Source of the DNA: Octopus bimaculoides
Taxonomy: Eukaryota
DNA length: 64,000 bases
Reading direction: 5' to 3'
NCBI RefSeq assembly: GCF_001194135.2
Contig: NC_069007.1
Location: 753,419-817,418 of the forward strand
Position numbers and translations under genes: made by a program. Each line of letters starts with the position of its first letter. The first letter of the stretch is position 1. The notes beneath the pieces are model-generated. The model was not told the DNA's origin. It did not search any database and saw only the letters and a list, made by a program, of their open reading frames with translations. Shown in pieces: positions 15,171 to 27,803 of this stretch.

Positions 15171-15260
15171 AGAATAAGCTCTGGGGTCGATTTGCTCGAC
15201 TATAAAGGCGGTGCTCCAGCATGGCCGCTGTCACATGACTGAAACAAGTAAAAGAGTAAA
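15171..15260 (+). mobile_element. SINE family B 3' half (tail)
   Basis: AGAATAAGCTCTGGGGTCGATTTG..GGCGGTGCTCCAGCATGGCCGCTGTCACATGACTGAAACAAGTAAAAGAG is the reverse complement of the tails at 53985-54034 and 55516-55600. Confidence 0.8.
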
Positions 15261-16058
15261 CAAGTATACATATATATCAACCGCCAATATAGCAACTAAC
15301 ATTTTAGATATTCTTGAAACTAAAATTCGAAACTAAAATACCACCAAAAACCATACGAGAAAACCTTAAAACGTATTACATTTTATGAAACTAATTTTTA
15401 CATCTATCGACCTCATCCTACAGGTAGACCGCAACACCGCTGCCGAAACGACCACCGCCACCAACAATATTAAGTAGAACACCTGGTTCAGTAAAAATCT
15501 ACATAAATCTTTTGGTGACATCATGGAAACAATAAATGACAATAGTTTATCAAATAGTGCATGAATAATATATTAACTAACACTTTATTTGCAATGAGAG
15601 AAGATCAACAAATGATACTATCTCTGGATATTCAGGCAAAACTGTACGTCTATGCAGAAGCAAAAGAAAAAGGAGGATCTACGAGACTAGTTTCGTTCCT
15701 GTTCAGGAATATTATCAGGTATCCGTAAACGTGGTTTTATAAGCAGTGAATGCGGCCAAGGCTTAACAAGGCAACCAAGATACTCACTCACTGAGGAAAT
15801 CCGAACCCAAGAATGGAACGACATTGATTGATATTTTCTTGAAAATGCTGAAAATGGAGACGAAGCTTGTATGTCTGCCTATACAGCATTGGTTAAACAG
15901 TCTTCTGAAATATTCTTCAGAATATCATAGTATTGATAGAAAAGAATTATATAGCAAAGCTATATAAAATACATACGTAGAGTAAGAATATTTATAAATT
16001 CGTCTCAATAACTGGCAAGTGAAATTTGCTTTGTAGACGCTAAGATGGCAGGAGTCGG

Positions 16059-16111
<53 letters not shown>

Positions 16112-16773
16112 NNNNNNNNNNNNNNNNNNNNNNNNNNNNNNNNNNNNNNNNNNNNNNNNNNNNNNNNNNNNNNNNNNNNNNNNNNNNNNNNNNNNNNNNN
16201 NNNNNNNNNNNNNNNNNNNNNNNNNNNNNNNNNNNNNNNNNNNNNNNNNNNNNNNNNNNNNNNNNNNNNNNNNNNNNNNNNNNNNNNNNNNNNNNNNNNN
16301 NNNNNNNNNNNNNNNNNNNNNNNNNNNNNNNNNNNNNNNNNNNNNNNNNNNNNNNNNNNNNNNNNNNNNNNNNNNNNNNNNNNNNNNNNNNNNNNNNNNN
16401 NNNNNNNNNNNNNNNNNNNNNNNNNNNNNNNNNNNNNNNNNNNNNNNNNNNNNNNNNNNNNNNNNNNNNNNTGTTGTATTTCAGGATGGATACTTTTTTT
16501 TGTATCCTAAGGATACACATCTTAGAACAGAATGGAGTAATAGGGGCAAGAGGTCACACGTAAACGTAAAGTATCGCTGAAGAGGTCACAAATGTGCGAC
16601 GAAAGATTTCTGGACAAAGGACTCAAGTTCAAATATTAAAAAATAAGAACAGAAATAAAAGAGTGAACTATAATAATGCGTGTTTATTTGGTAAAAAAAA
16701 GAAGACCGTCCCAAAATACAATATCTGTTTCAACACGCGATTTCGCATCAGGAATCTTGCAACACAAATTGAT

Positions 16774-16817
<44 letters not shown>

Positions 16818-16837
16818 TGGGGTAAGTAGCGAGTTCA

Positions 16838-16941
16838 GGCTTTGGTAGAAGACACTTGCTCAAGGTGCTACGCAATGGGACTGAACCCAGAACTATGTTG
16901 TTGGTAAGCAAGCTACTTACCACACATACACTCCTGCGCCT
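16838..16941 (-). mobile_element. SINE family B 5' half
   Basis: TAGAAGACACTTGCTCAAGGTGCTACGCAATGGGACTGAACCCAGAAC..GGTAAGCAAGCTACTTACCACAC. Reverse complement contains B-box GGGTTCAGTCCC and A-box-like GTGGTAAG. Abuts (GT)n. Confidence 0.85.
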
Positions 16942-17726
16942 CAACTACATATAAATACATATATACACTCGCACATACACAAATACATGTGTATGCGAAT
17001 GATTATTATTTGCGTGCGTGTGTTTGTGTGTGTGCGCGCGCGTCAGTGTTTATGTCTTTGGCGTATAAAGGTTTATACATTGTGAAAATCACATAAATAT
17101 ACTTTGCGGCCATAAATATTTAAATTACAGTGTGTTGAACAACTCCCATGTTTCAAGAAATGAAATAACAACTGTCAAGAGACACAGATATATCATTAGT
17201 TATATGTTGTTTTGGTATTTTATATTCCAAACGTCCATCTCTGATTACCTCCTATGACAACTATCATATATCAGTAGGTGGGGCGTTGCAACGTAGCACC
17301 GTCAGTTGTGACGAAGACATTAAGACAAAACCAGGCGTAATGTAATAGAAATTTTGTCCTTTGCTCTCTTGTTTAAGTTCGTCATTCAATCGAAAATACA
17401 TAAATTTCATACATACATAATTACATCCATACTCACACATATTAAAGCTTATATATGAATCTACATACATTTTTACTGACGTGTTCTTGTATTTTAAGAG
17501 AGCGGGGGAAAAAGAGCGCGCTTATGAACCATTATCTCTTGGAGGTTAGAGGAAGTGAAGGTGTTACCCACAGACCAAGAACCTCGATTGAAGACTTGCA
17601 AGAAATTGAACTCTGCTAAAGGCGTTCAATGACTAGGGGATAGTGGAGAAATATGACATTGAATGAAATATACGTATGTGGACATGTTTGCCTACATGTA
17701 TACATACAAATCTCTCTCTCTCTCTC

Positions 17727-17758
<32 letters not shown>

Positions 17759-17997
17759 NNNNNNNNNNNNNNNNNNNNNNNNNNNNNNNNNNNNNNNNNN
17801 NNNNNNNNNNNNNNNNNNNNNNNNNNNNNNNNNNNNNNNNNNNNNNNNNNNNNNNNNNNNNNNNNNNNNNNNNNNNNNNNNNNNNNNNNNNNNNNNNNNN
17901 NNNNNNNNNNNNNNNNNNNNNNNNNNNNNNNNNNNNNNNNNNNNNNNNNNNNNNNNNNNNNNNNNNNNNNNNNNNNNNNNNNNNNNNNNNNNNNNNN

Positions 17998-18036
<39 letters not shown>

Positions 18037-18328
18037 GCACACACGTGTATATGTACATATGCATATATATATATATGTACACACGCACATACGTGTATGT
18101 ACATATGTATATATGTACACACAGGTGTATATAGATATGTATATGTATGTGTTCATATATATATATATACACGCACACATACCTTTACACAAATGTATAT
18201 ATACATGTATATTACATGTATATATATATACATATATGTGTGTGTGTGTGTGTGTATATAAGCACATACGTTTTCACATATTTGACTGAGTGTGCATGTA
18301 TGTCTGCATCTCTCTCTGTGTCTCTCTC

Positions 18329-18423
<95 letters not shown>

Positions 18424-19076
18424 ATGAAGTAGGAGGGGGTTAAAATATCGCATGAGACGTAAAATGACAAACATTGAAAGCTTTTGATCTGCCGAATGTC
18501 AAGCATGCGTAGGCATGACTTTAGATCTAAGCATGTCAACCATGAGAACCATAGATGGAAAATATCAAACACGTGAACCCTCAAAATAATTTCCAGCAAA
18601 AGGTGTCTTTCTGTTATCTCGACTGCAAAGAACTTGATAAGTTACAGAATGTTTGCGAAAAAAACCCCCCAAAAAAACGAAACCAAATAAAAAAGAAAAA
18701 AAGAAAAGAAAAATGCTATTCTTTATGGGTGGAGGACGAAATGCGACTCTGTAGGAAGTTTAGCCAACAATAATTCTTTCGATTGCTGAAAAATTTTATC
18801 ATGAATTTTCATCAAAAGATGTAAAACCAATAAGGGTACATTATTTTTATATATCACATATCTGAATTTAGCGACGTATATCCGTATTTGTCTATGTCTA
18901 ACACATATATTGCGACCGTTTGGCAGGTATATACACACTTTCTGAATGTTTTATGTGGCATAAAGTTCCAAACAATGCCGTTTCTTTTAGCACAGCACTC
19001 CTTAGCTACTATCCAAGATCGGAACCAAGATTTCTCTGTATACACATCCAACCCTACCACGCACACACACACAAAT

Positions 19077-19115
<39 letters not shown>

Positions 19116-20419
19116 CACGCATATATCTGCATGTATATAGAATGTAGTTATCTTAATAATTAATCCTTGATATTAAATAAGATCCGGTGTTCGCACAATT
19201 GCTCAATATTTATTTATGGAGCGCACGTTATGTTTCCATTTTATTGAACGGATTCAGAAATTGTATATCTGAAAACTGTTAGGTCGTAATCGAATAGGAC
19301 TTCTTCAGGGACAAAGAGAAATTTTGTACATTGGTATAAAGTGAGTGTTATAAATTTCAAGAATGTCTGAATCCATTCCTAGCATGGAAATAGTTTTCTA
19401 TGCATGCTTATAACTACTTTATATTTTATATTTGAACATTCCCTAGAATAGCTTTAGGCACGTAGTGCTCTGTTAATGTATATCTGTAACGTATATAGAA
19501 CTATATACGTGTTTTGTATGTGTGTGAATGGAAATTTGTTTGAAGCATTGAGATGCGTGAGCAAAATGGTGAGTTTTAATAAATCCCTATGGCAATCCGA
19601 GAGAAGAATAAAATGGAATAAAATTTGGCATTGCCAACGAATGAGAAATATGAAGAAATATTTAAAAATTCCCTTTTTAACAGTCTAATATTTCGGGATG
19701 AAAATTCCCTTCAGGCTGAGGGAGAAGAGTTCACCGACGAGGCAGTTCGTAACCAGATCGATCTGTCTTCTGATTGAAATTTATTTTTCGTATCATTGAA
19801 CAGCTTAGTGGTTTAATGTTAATGAAGGAACGGGTTAAACGGGCGGTCAAATACTGTGTAACAGCATATTGTGGGTTTCATGGTAAGGAATGAAGAATTC
19901 CAAGTTTGGGTCAATCGGTCAGATATTTCACAAGAAATTTTTTAATCCTAAAGTATTGGAATATTAAAACGGAATTTTTTGGACATCTCTACATCTCCGT
20001 TTTTTATACATTGGCAACGCCATATTTTATTGCATTTCATTCTTCACACACACACACACACACTCATAACTATATTTCTCGCTAAATATATGTGTCTGCG
20101 TGTATATTCAGACGTAGATATTTAAGTAGGTACTTGAAAGACTTACCTTAATAATTCCGTGCCATACCATGTATAATGAGTAGATCCAATCCGCAGTTCC
20201 AAATATTTAAGATTATTATTATTATTACTATTAAAATTAATATTTTAATTGTAAAATGTAATTTTCACATGGTAATTGCCTGAAAATAGAAAAAAGATAG
20301 GGAAAAACAATGATTAGTTTCAAGAAAATAACCAGATGTGACGTAAGTAAATAAAATAGATTTAATTATTTTGCATGGTGAAAAGAATTTTTTTTCTTTC
20401 TGGGCCAGACGATTTTAGA

Positions 20420-21085
20420 CTTCGGCAGGGGCGAATCGTAGCAACGAATTTGGTTTTCTCTTTTACCTAAAATACTTATTTACAATTTTGCAGAGGAAAT
20501 GATGAGAGATGTGATGGAATCATGAATGAAAGATTGGATGTTGGTGGATATTAGATACAAACTGTGAGATTTGCAGACTATCAGACAATGATAGCAAAGG
20601 CATAGGAATGTTTTCAGACCATCATGACATGTCTGATTGAAGTAGTTGAAGGACACGGGATGAGAATAAACCAGAAGAACAAAGGAATGAAAATTGGAAA
20701 GAGAAGAGAATCTTCAAATCAACATCAACGGAAATAAATTATAGCAGATTCAATACTTTAAATACCTTGAAAGCCGACTAACTGAGGATGGGAGAAATGA
20801 GACGGAAATCAGAGCAAGAAGTGCTGTGGGACAATTCAACTCACACAAAACACTGCTCGCCAAAGGCCTGAAGCATGACTAGAAGAAAGCTGGTGAGAAC
20901 CCGAGTATAGGTCAGTGATCGAGTGGAAAATGCTGAGACGGCGAAGTAGGGCGATGACGATGGCTGATCTCAGGCAGACGAATTTATACTATTCAAAGAA
21001 GAGGATAGCACAAGTTAGATATTGCTGGAAAAGGTTCACATGCACGGGATCTGCCCAAAGCCAGTTCACTATTGGACTAGATATA
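20420..21085 (+). mobile_element. RTE-clade non-LTR retrotransposon relic (RT motifs 4-7 plus C-terminus, pseudogenised)
   Basis: Manual translation across stops and frameshifts: GRG..FSLLPKILIYNFAEEMMRDVME; IQTVRFADYQTMIAKA (FADY at 20570-20581, the YADD-box equivalent); GMRINQKNKGMKIGK; INGNKL*QIQYFKYLESRLTEDGRNETEIRAR (FKYLES 20757-20774); then IEWKMLRRRSR..KRIAQVRYCW (cf. RTE IEGK.R.GR..KR.AQDR..W). Ends in (TA)n. Confidence 0.85.
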
Positions 21086-21869
21086 TATATCTATATTATC
21101 TATATATATCTATATATACCATTATATATATATATATATATATATATGACGAAGAAGCATTGTGATGATGGAGAAGAAGAAAAATATGTAGAACTACATT
21201 ATCTGACGTGTATTTCTTTTAAATTGAAGTGTTGGGTGAAAGAGGTTTAGTTGTTTGTTGAAAGTCGAACAGTCGTATAGAAACGACCCATTTAGTCAGA
21301 GTTGTTGCTTAGTGCTGTTCAGGCTGAGACAAAATTTTAAATTATTTCAGGTATAAATATTTCTTCATTTTTAGGGGACTGGAATGTACTACATACCTTT
21401 ACCTTATCTAAAACACGAGAATGCGATTTGTGATGTATTTAGCTTCAATGTCTAATGGATCCAGTGACGGTTCATAAGCTCCATGTTCTATTAATGTTGA
21501 ATGTTTGCGAACGTTTTGATATACCTGCGTATGTGTAGATGTGTGTCTATGTATATAAGTACTTGTCTCCATTTGAGTGTGTGTGTGTGTGGGAGTTCGT
21601 GATTTACCTGTGATCCTCTGGATACAGCGAAGACTGGGGATAAGCACCGGGCCGTGCTGATCATTCCAAGTCGTTAACGAACTTATTGCCGTGAAGTTAC
21701 ATTATTCTAATATCAACTCCCGTTTTGCTATTCATTTTAATATGGATCGAGTCAAAAAATAAAATTCCAGAACAATCAACGTCCCCGCATGATCCCCTTT
21801 CATCGCAGTTTTGACACTGGCTTAAAGCAACGCGGCTCTGTCTGCGTTTGAAATATATAGATTCGGTAT

Positions 21870-21995
21870 TCATTTCTGGCGATCAAAGGACACCTTTGAT
21901 AACCCCAGCTCTGCACAGTCGTGCTGACCTCTGGTTAAACAGTTATCAAAACCAAATATATTAACGACATGATTTGATCTAAAGGTCAATGCAAA
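21870..21995. promoter_or_regulatory. Candidate enhancer motif cluster (inverted TCF/LEF pair, nuclear-receptor half-sites)
   Basis: ATCAAAGG-ACA-CCTTTGAT perfect palindrome at 21882-21900, TGACCT at 21925-21930 and AAAGGTCA at 21981-21988, in non-repetitive DNA. Motif match only. Confidence 0.25.
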
Positions 21996-22480
21996 AACAA
22001 ATATTTAAACAACTATCAAACGCTAGAAATTGTAGAAACTAGACGATATCCAACGATATTATTTTTATCAATGAAAGAACTGTTTAACTATATTGATTCA
22101 GTTTAGACGAAGAAAATTCTTTCTCTTAAATCTCGCCAGGTATCTCTCTCTCTGTCTCACTGTTGCTGTCCGTCTCTGTCTGAGGCGCGCGCACACACTG
22201 ACACACAATGTACTACGTGCAAATGTGTGGGTGTATTTGGTCTCATTTAGATAACAGCTATTTCCACATACACACAAACACACACACACACAAACATGTA
22301 TATATATATATAACATAAATGATGGTCCATTTGAAAACTTTCTAAAGTGCTTCGACACAAAAGTTTAGGCCTCAGAGTAACACCTTTTCTGTTACCGGGC
22401 ACTAAATAGAGAGAGAGGGAGAGGGAAGGGACACTGACATATACATACACGCATACACATCCAGAGTCACGTGCGTGCTA

Positions 22481-22585
<105 letters not shown>

Positions 22586-23793
22586 GTACGTTGAAGGAAT
22601 TCAGAAATTAATTTTTGCAACTAACAGGTATAAAATAAAGAAATTGGAACCAATTATAATGAAAGAAAAGATATAAAATAACTATAATTGCAAGCAATCT
22701 GCAATTACTTTATAATTACTGCTTTAATTAATGAGTTTCATAACGATTTTAGAAAACACTTGGAACGCATTGTAATTAAAGTAAAAAAATAAATTGAAGA
22801 CAAAACGCTGCGTTTTCTTTTTTCGGCTTCATAATTGAAAAACAATTAATTTGCGTCTCTAATATATTTCTTTTATTCCTGTCAGTGTCTTTATTTGAGT
22901 GTTGCGTTGGTAAAATTTTTGTAGGTCTTAGCGAAACAAACAACAATTTTGCTTCGATAATTACACGTATTATATAAATGTTATATGCCCCTAAACAGAA
23001 CAAGAGCGGTCGTGGAGCGAATAAGTTATATTAACAGTGACACAATGATCATGTGATCAAACTTTTCTCCTTCTATTATTAAATATAAATATTCTGAAAC
23101 TTTCATTATTTCTTCGTTGAACTAATCCATTGGCAAATAATTTGATGCAATCAGCTCACTTCAGCTGGATGATGTCACGTAATTTTCTTCTTCAGTGTTG
23201 ACAGATTTTTCTTTTATATGAATTAAATACTTGCTGATGTTTATTGCCTTCGAAAATAATTGTTTATAGGACTGGCAAATCCGTTTTGTTAATTGAAATA
23301 TTTGTTGTATATTTAATTTGTGTTTGCAGCATCTGAATCGCCTTTTTTCTTTCCCCTAATCTTTGATCCTTTGTTTAAAGGACGTAGAGCGATTTCCTAG
23401 AAAATTGTATCCAGAGTTCGCTTGATAAGTCATCAAATATAATTTCTCTCGTATGGGAGAAGCAATCAGGAGTGTGGTTTTGAATAAGGCTTTGTTCCCA
23501 TGATATGTGGTTGCGGTATCGATACCCATGCATTCAACCATGGAAAGCTGTCCCCAATCTTCTTTTGAATCCGAGAATTTGGGACCCAGCGACGATGTAG
23601 GTATAACTGCATCAGTGGAGCAATATCTAATTTTGGCTGGTAAGGAACACACCTAGTGTCTGGATGTCTTTGGCTGGACCTCCCTGCAGCAACCATTCGG
23701 TTCTGGCTTCTACTTCGGGGATATCTTTGTCGGTTTCACTTGTCACATGGTCCATAAAAAGGGTCAATGATGCCCTACCTCATCTGTCTACAC

Positions 23794-23911
23794 TATTTCG
23801 TCCGTCTTTACGTTTTGAGTTTAAATTCCACCGAGGTCGACTTTGCTTTTCATCGTTTGAGGATCGATAAAATAAGTACAAGTTGAACACTAGGATCGAT
23901 GTAATCGGCTT
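23794..23911 (+). mobile_element. SINE family A, truncated
   Basis: TATTTCGTCCGTCTTTACGTTTTGAGTTTAAATTCCACCGAGGTCGACTTTGCTTTTCATC..GATCGATAAAATAAGTAC. Confidence 0.85.
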
Positions 23912-25399
23912 ATAATTACTTTACTGTTTGTTCATTCAGTATTAATCTTTCATGAGTTAAAACATCCCATACTGTTGAAATGATGCTACGATTAACAGAG
24001 CATATTTTAGTCCCTTGGTGAAAGAAGGAACCAGCCTACGACCAATCGTAGTGTGTTTGTGACTGGTAGAACGAGAGTAAGAAATTTATCTCAAACTCTT
24101 GACTGCCATCGATACCCACAAAAGAATGGATTCAACTCCAAGTAGCCACGGGTGTCTAGTTAGTAGTGTGAATTAGGATGACGTATTCAGTCTATTACAG
24201 AAACTAGAAAGAGAACAGCCTAGCCGATCAGACACTTCTACATAGTTTCTCCTCTACAATATTCTAGTCAGTTTATGATTCAAATTATTAGTAAATCTGA
24301 AGTTATGGAAGAAGATATTCGCTCAAAGACAAATCTAGAAGATCGTACACAACTTTACACAATTACGAAGCGTATTTCATAGCTATATACTGTTAAGATA
24401 GGATGTGGAATACACATATACAAGACTGAACTCAATAAATTGGAAGCGGATATTTGGTAATAGAGTCCCAGATTTTTTCTCAAGCACTTTCGCACTTAGC
24501 TCTGGCAAAGCGGATTCATTTGGTGCTAAGTAATAACAATAATACTGCATGGGTTTCCAGAGAATTTATGTTTATAGGGGTTATAGCATGAAGCAAACTT
24601 AGAGTCCGCAGGAGCGAATCTAAGAAGTAAAATATTAGCAATTCCAGAAATACAGTTTTATAGGCTGAGCATGATTAACTGATACCATTTTGAGGATTCT
24701 ATTTGTTGATAAAAATCTTTATTTTCGTTGTTGAAGACAAAAAAAGAAGGGAACTATTGTAGATCGTTTTTATGAACTTATTGTTCTACTCTAGAAATCA
24801 GCAGATAACGGATCGAATTTAACAGAGAAAGACTTGCTTTATAGAACACACGTACACTACACTACGTATAAAAAGAACGGCAAAACTTCAAACACGTATA
24901 TTGAATAAAATGATTACAAGAACAATGATGATGATGATGACGAGGATGATAAACGTTTGAAGTTCAGCCCTTGCTTTTTTTTTCGTTCTTTGCAATATAA
25001 TGTACGTGCGTTGTATAAAGCAATTCTGTATCACATTCAGTTGTCACTTCCATTCTTGTTTCCATTCTTCAAAGAGGAAAGTAAAGTTTTCGTCATTAGC
25101 AACCCTCACTCTCCATAAAAAAGAAAATGGCATCGTTTAAACAGACCTTGACATTGACAGCGTGATAATGAGCTGGGCCGCCATGGCACATAGAAGTCCA
25201 TGAGAGTGGTGGAGGTCACTCATCGCTGAAGAAGGGAATCCAAAGAGAATATTGATTCAAGAAAGTGTCTGTTGTCCTAAAAAGTGAAAGGAATGTTACT
25301 AATGGAATTAAGGTTAATGAAATGCCATGGAAAAATCTTTAGACGAGCAACTTCAACACCATCGACTGAAAATTGAACGTCTTTACCGGAGGGGACAAG

Positions 25400-25795
25400 G
25401 TAAGAAAACTCCAGACCTTAGGCATCACAGATTACTAGCAGATGTACGTACCAAGAGGTTTAGGAGAACGCGGTTTAATCGGACTTGAAATAAGACAAAA
25501 ACAATATTGAGCTATGTGTGTATACCTGACAAAAACAGGTGACCCACTTCTTCGAATTGTCAAATATATATCAACTCCATCAACGAAACATTTATATTAC
25601 TCTAGAAAGTATGAAGTTCCAAAAACCAAGCAACAAGAAATGGGACAAATATCATTAAAGCAAAATGAGTGAAGCATAAGGCAGAACACATTGGCCAGCT
25701 CTAACTTAAGAAAACACGGCAGAATTGAGTAAAGACCCAGGTATAAACTGAAGATGACGAAGTATCACCGGGGTAAAAGCAGTGACCGAAGAAGT
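25400..25795 (+). mobile_element. Dong/R4-clade non-LTR relic (post-RT region)
   Basis: 25442-25489 reads MYVPRGLGERGLIGLE (cf. RLYLPR..GGRGL), followed by YLTKTGDPLLRIV. 25770-25790 reads GVKAVTE (cf. GLK.ETE). Contains stops and frameshifts. Confidence 0.6.
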
Positions 25796-25957
25796 AAAGA
25801 TAAATGAAGAAAAAAAGGAAACAGAATTTCTCAATAAGATTCTCTGACCACTGAACCATTAAGTGGAATTAATGCACAATAGAAGATTTATTGAATGCAC
25901 GAAAAAAAAACTATCGATAATATTAGAGTAAGGTTTACTGGGAAGACGCGTGGCTTC

Positions 25958-26062
25958 CTCGAACGGATGAAAGTAAATGTCGACCAAGATGGATTTTGGT
26001 TTGCAAACATAAATGCGGACGAAATGCCTGGCGTGCTGACAATTCTAGCAGCTCGCCGCCTT
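25958..26062 (-). mobile_element. SINE family A, 5' half with deletion
   Basis: GGATGAAAGTAAATGTCGACC..GGACGAAATGCC..GGCGTGCTGACAATTCTAGCAGCTCGCCGCCTT. Confidence 0.75.
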
Positions 26063-26127
26063 AAATGATAATCAGCATCATTATTATTTACTTTCGACGG
26101 ATATTTGTCCTCATCTTGTTTGTTGTT

Positions 26128-26173
26128 AAAACAATGTTTCGGCTGATAAACCCGCCAACCTTCTTCAGGTGTC
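26128..26173 (-). ncRNA. Minimal type-I hammerhead-ribozyme-like motif (Penelope-associated style), probably mutated
   Basis: Minus strand reads GACAC-CTGAAGA-A-GGTTG-gcgggtttat-CAGCC-GAAAC-ATT-GTTTT. Conserved core CUGANGA and GAAA, 5-bp stem II, and partial stem I (GACAC/GTTTT, one mismatch). Stem III is C:A mismatched (ATT rather than GTH). Confidence 0.6.
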
Positions 26174-26229
26174 TTGGGGAAATTTCGAAACTGCGTTCTC
26201 ATTCCTAAGGTATTCTTCGATGTTGACTA

Positions 26230-26268
<39 letters not shown>

Positions 26269-26269
<1 letters not shown>

Positions 26270-26434
26270 GATTTTGGCACAATTCCTGCAATTTTGTGGG
26301 AGACGGCGAGTTCATTAGCGCTCACCTGGTATGTGTCTAATGGATTCCAAGAGCATGAAAGGCAAACTTGACTTCAACGGAATTTGAACTCCGAATGTAC
26401 AGAGCCTGAAAAAATTGCCGCTAAGCATATTGTC
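26269..26434 (-). mobile_element. SINE family A, decayed
   Basis: TTTTGGCACAA tail..CATGAAAGGCAAACTTGACTTCAACGGAATTTGAACTCCGAATG..GCCGCTAAGCAT. Directly follows an (AAT)n run. Confidence 0.75.
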
Positions 26435-26443
26435 TTTGATGTA

Positions 26444-26553
26444 TTCGAGGTCGATAAAATAAAGTACTCCTCAAGTAATATGGTCGATTATATCGAATAG
26501 TCACCTCTCACTTGAAAATTCTTGGTTTCATGCCTAAACCAAAAGCCATTATC
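26444..26553 (+). mobile_element. SINE family A 3' half, inverted relative to its neighbour
   Basis: TTCGAGGTCGATAAAATAAAGTAC..GGTCGATTATATCGAATAG..AAAATT..TTCATGCCT..ATTAT. Confidence 0.6.
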
Positions 26554-26559
26554 AATGTT

Positions 26560-27480
26560 GCTTGCTGTTGTTGATGTTGAATTTTTTGCTGTTACAATGA
26601 TGATGATAATGGCAGAGACTAGGGTTCGAATTATGGCGATGCTGATAATAATGGTGATGATCGTTATTATTGGTGGTGAGGTCGATAATTGATATTGTAA
26701 TTGCTACTGATTGTCATCATCATCATCGTCATTATCATCTTTATCATAATTATTATAAACTCTGTCCACATTCCCCTCCCCCATCCGCACCGTGTGATGC
26801 TCTACAAAACAAATTGTTCCATAGAATTCCTTAGTTATTTTGGTAATGTCTGGTTATTATGCGAATTGTAAAGAAACATTGATAGGGCCAGCGGTGGCGG
26901 AAGCCTCAATGTTGGCAGTGGTGGTGGTCGTGGTGATTGTAGTACGAACGGTGGTGGTGGTGTTGGTGGTGGTTCTGCCATAAGCAGTAGTAGCGGTAGT
27001 GGCAGTCGTGGTGGTGAGGCTGTGTGGAGGGGATTATATTTAGGGATCTTGCTAAGATGGTGGTGGTCGTTATTTTGACAGCTGTATGGGCGGTGGTAGT
27101 AACAGTGGTGTAGTGTCTGTTGCGGTGGTGTTGGCGGGTGTTGTAGTGGTAGCTGTCTTGTGTTAACGATGCTTCTCACAATATTGATGATCGTCTTAGT
27201 ATTACAGGTGGCGCTGTTGCGATGTTTTTTTTTTTATTGTTGCTAGTTGTGTTTGTGTTAAATTTGATGGTAATCGTGTTAGTGTTGTTGTTTGTGTTGT
27301 TTCGGTAGTAGAAGATGTATTAATGGTGGCGATTCTACGTCATTTGTGCTGCTTCTGATGTTGCTGTTGTTATTGATGTTAATAGCAGTTGTGTTAAAGA
27401 TGGTTGTTGTAGAGTTGCTGACGGTGGCGATGGTGGTGAAAGTGGTGGTGGAGACGGTGGACGTGTCATTCCGAGGCATT
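26560..27480. repeat. Low-complexity GGT/GAT/GTT cryptic trinucleotide region
   Basis: Extended triplet drift; source of the Pro/Thr/His-rich spurious ORFs. Confidence 0.8.
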
Positions 27481-27754
27481 GCTAATACTTCAATAGTATC
27501 GTCTTTCTTTTTATAGACTCTTAAACACTTAAAACAAGCAATTAATTGCACTTCACACCTTTTCGCCGATTTTTCTTCCTACACACGCCAAACAGCGCCG
27601 CGCGCGCACACACTCACACACACACAAACGCACTCATCGCATCGAAACGTATATACTCACACACACGCTGATATCCATGCATCCACAAAACATACACTGA
27701 CAGATATGCAGACCTACTTGACAGACGCATAGACACACACAGACGGTCACACGT

Positions 27755-27803
<49 letters not shown>

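Noticed and set aside
15636-15718. Possible 83-nt exon (CAG|GCAAAACTG..ATCAG|GTATCC)
   Set aside because: Weak polypyrimidine tract, weak donor and no recognisable peptide. It would need spliced RNA-seq support.
19690-19810. Mariner-like peptide FRDENSL..GEEFTDEAVRNQID
   Set aside because: Too short, and it lacks the upstream SPDLAPSD motif; may be chance.
23380-23790. Coding-like decayed segment, possibly a LINE relic
   Set aside because: Only faint CR1/L2-like echoes on both strands, with no consistent ordered motif set.
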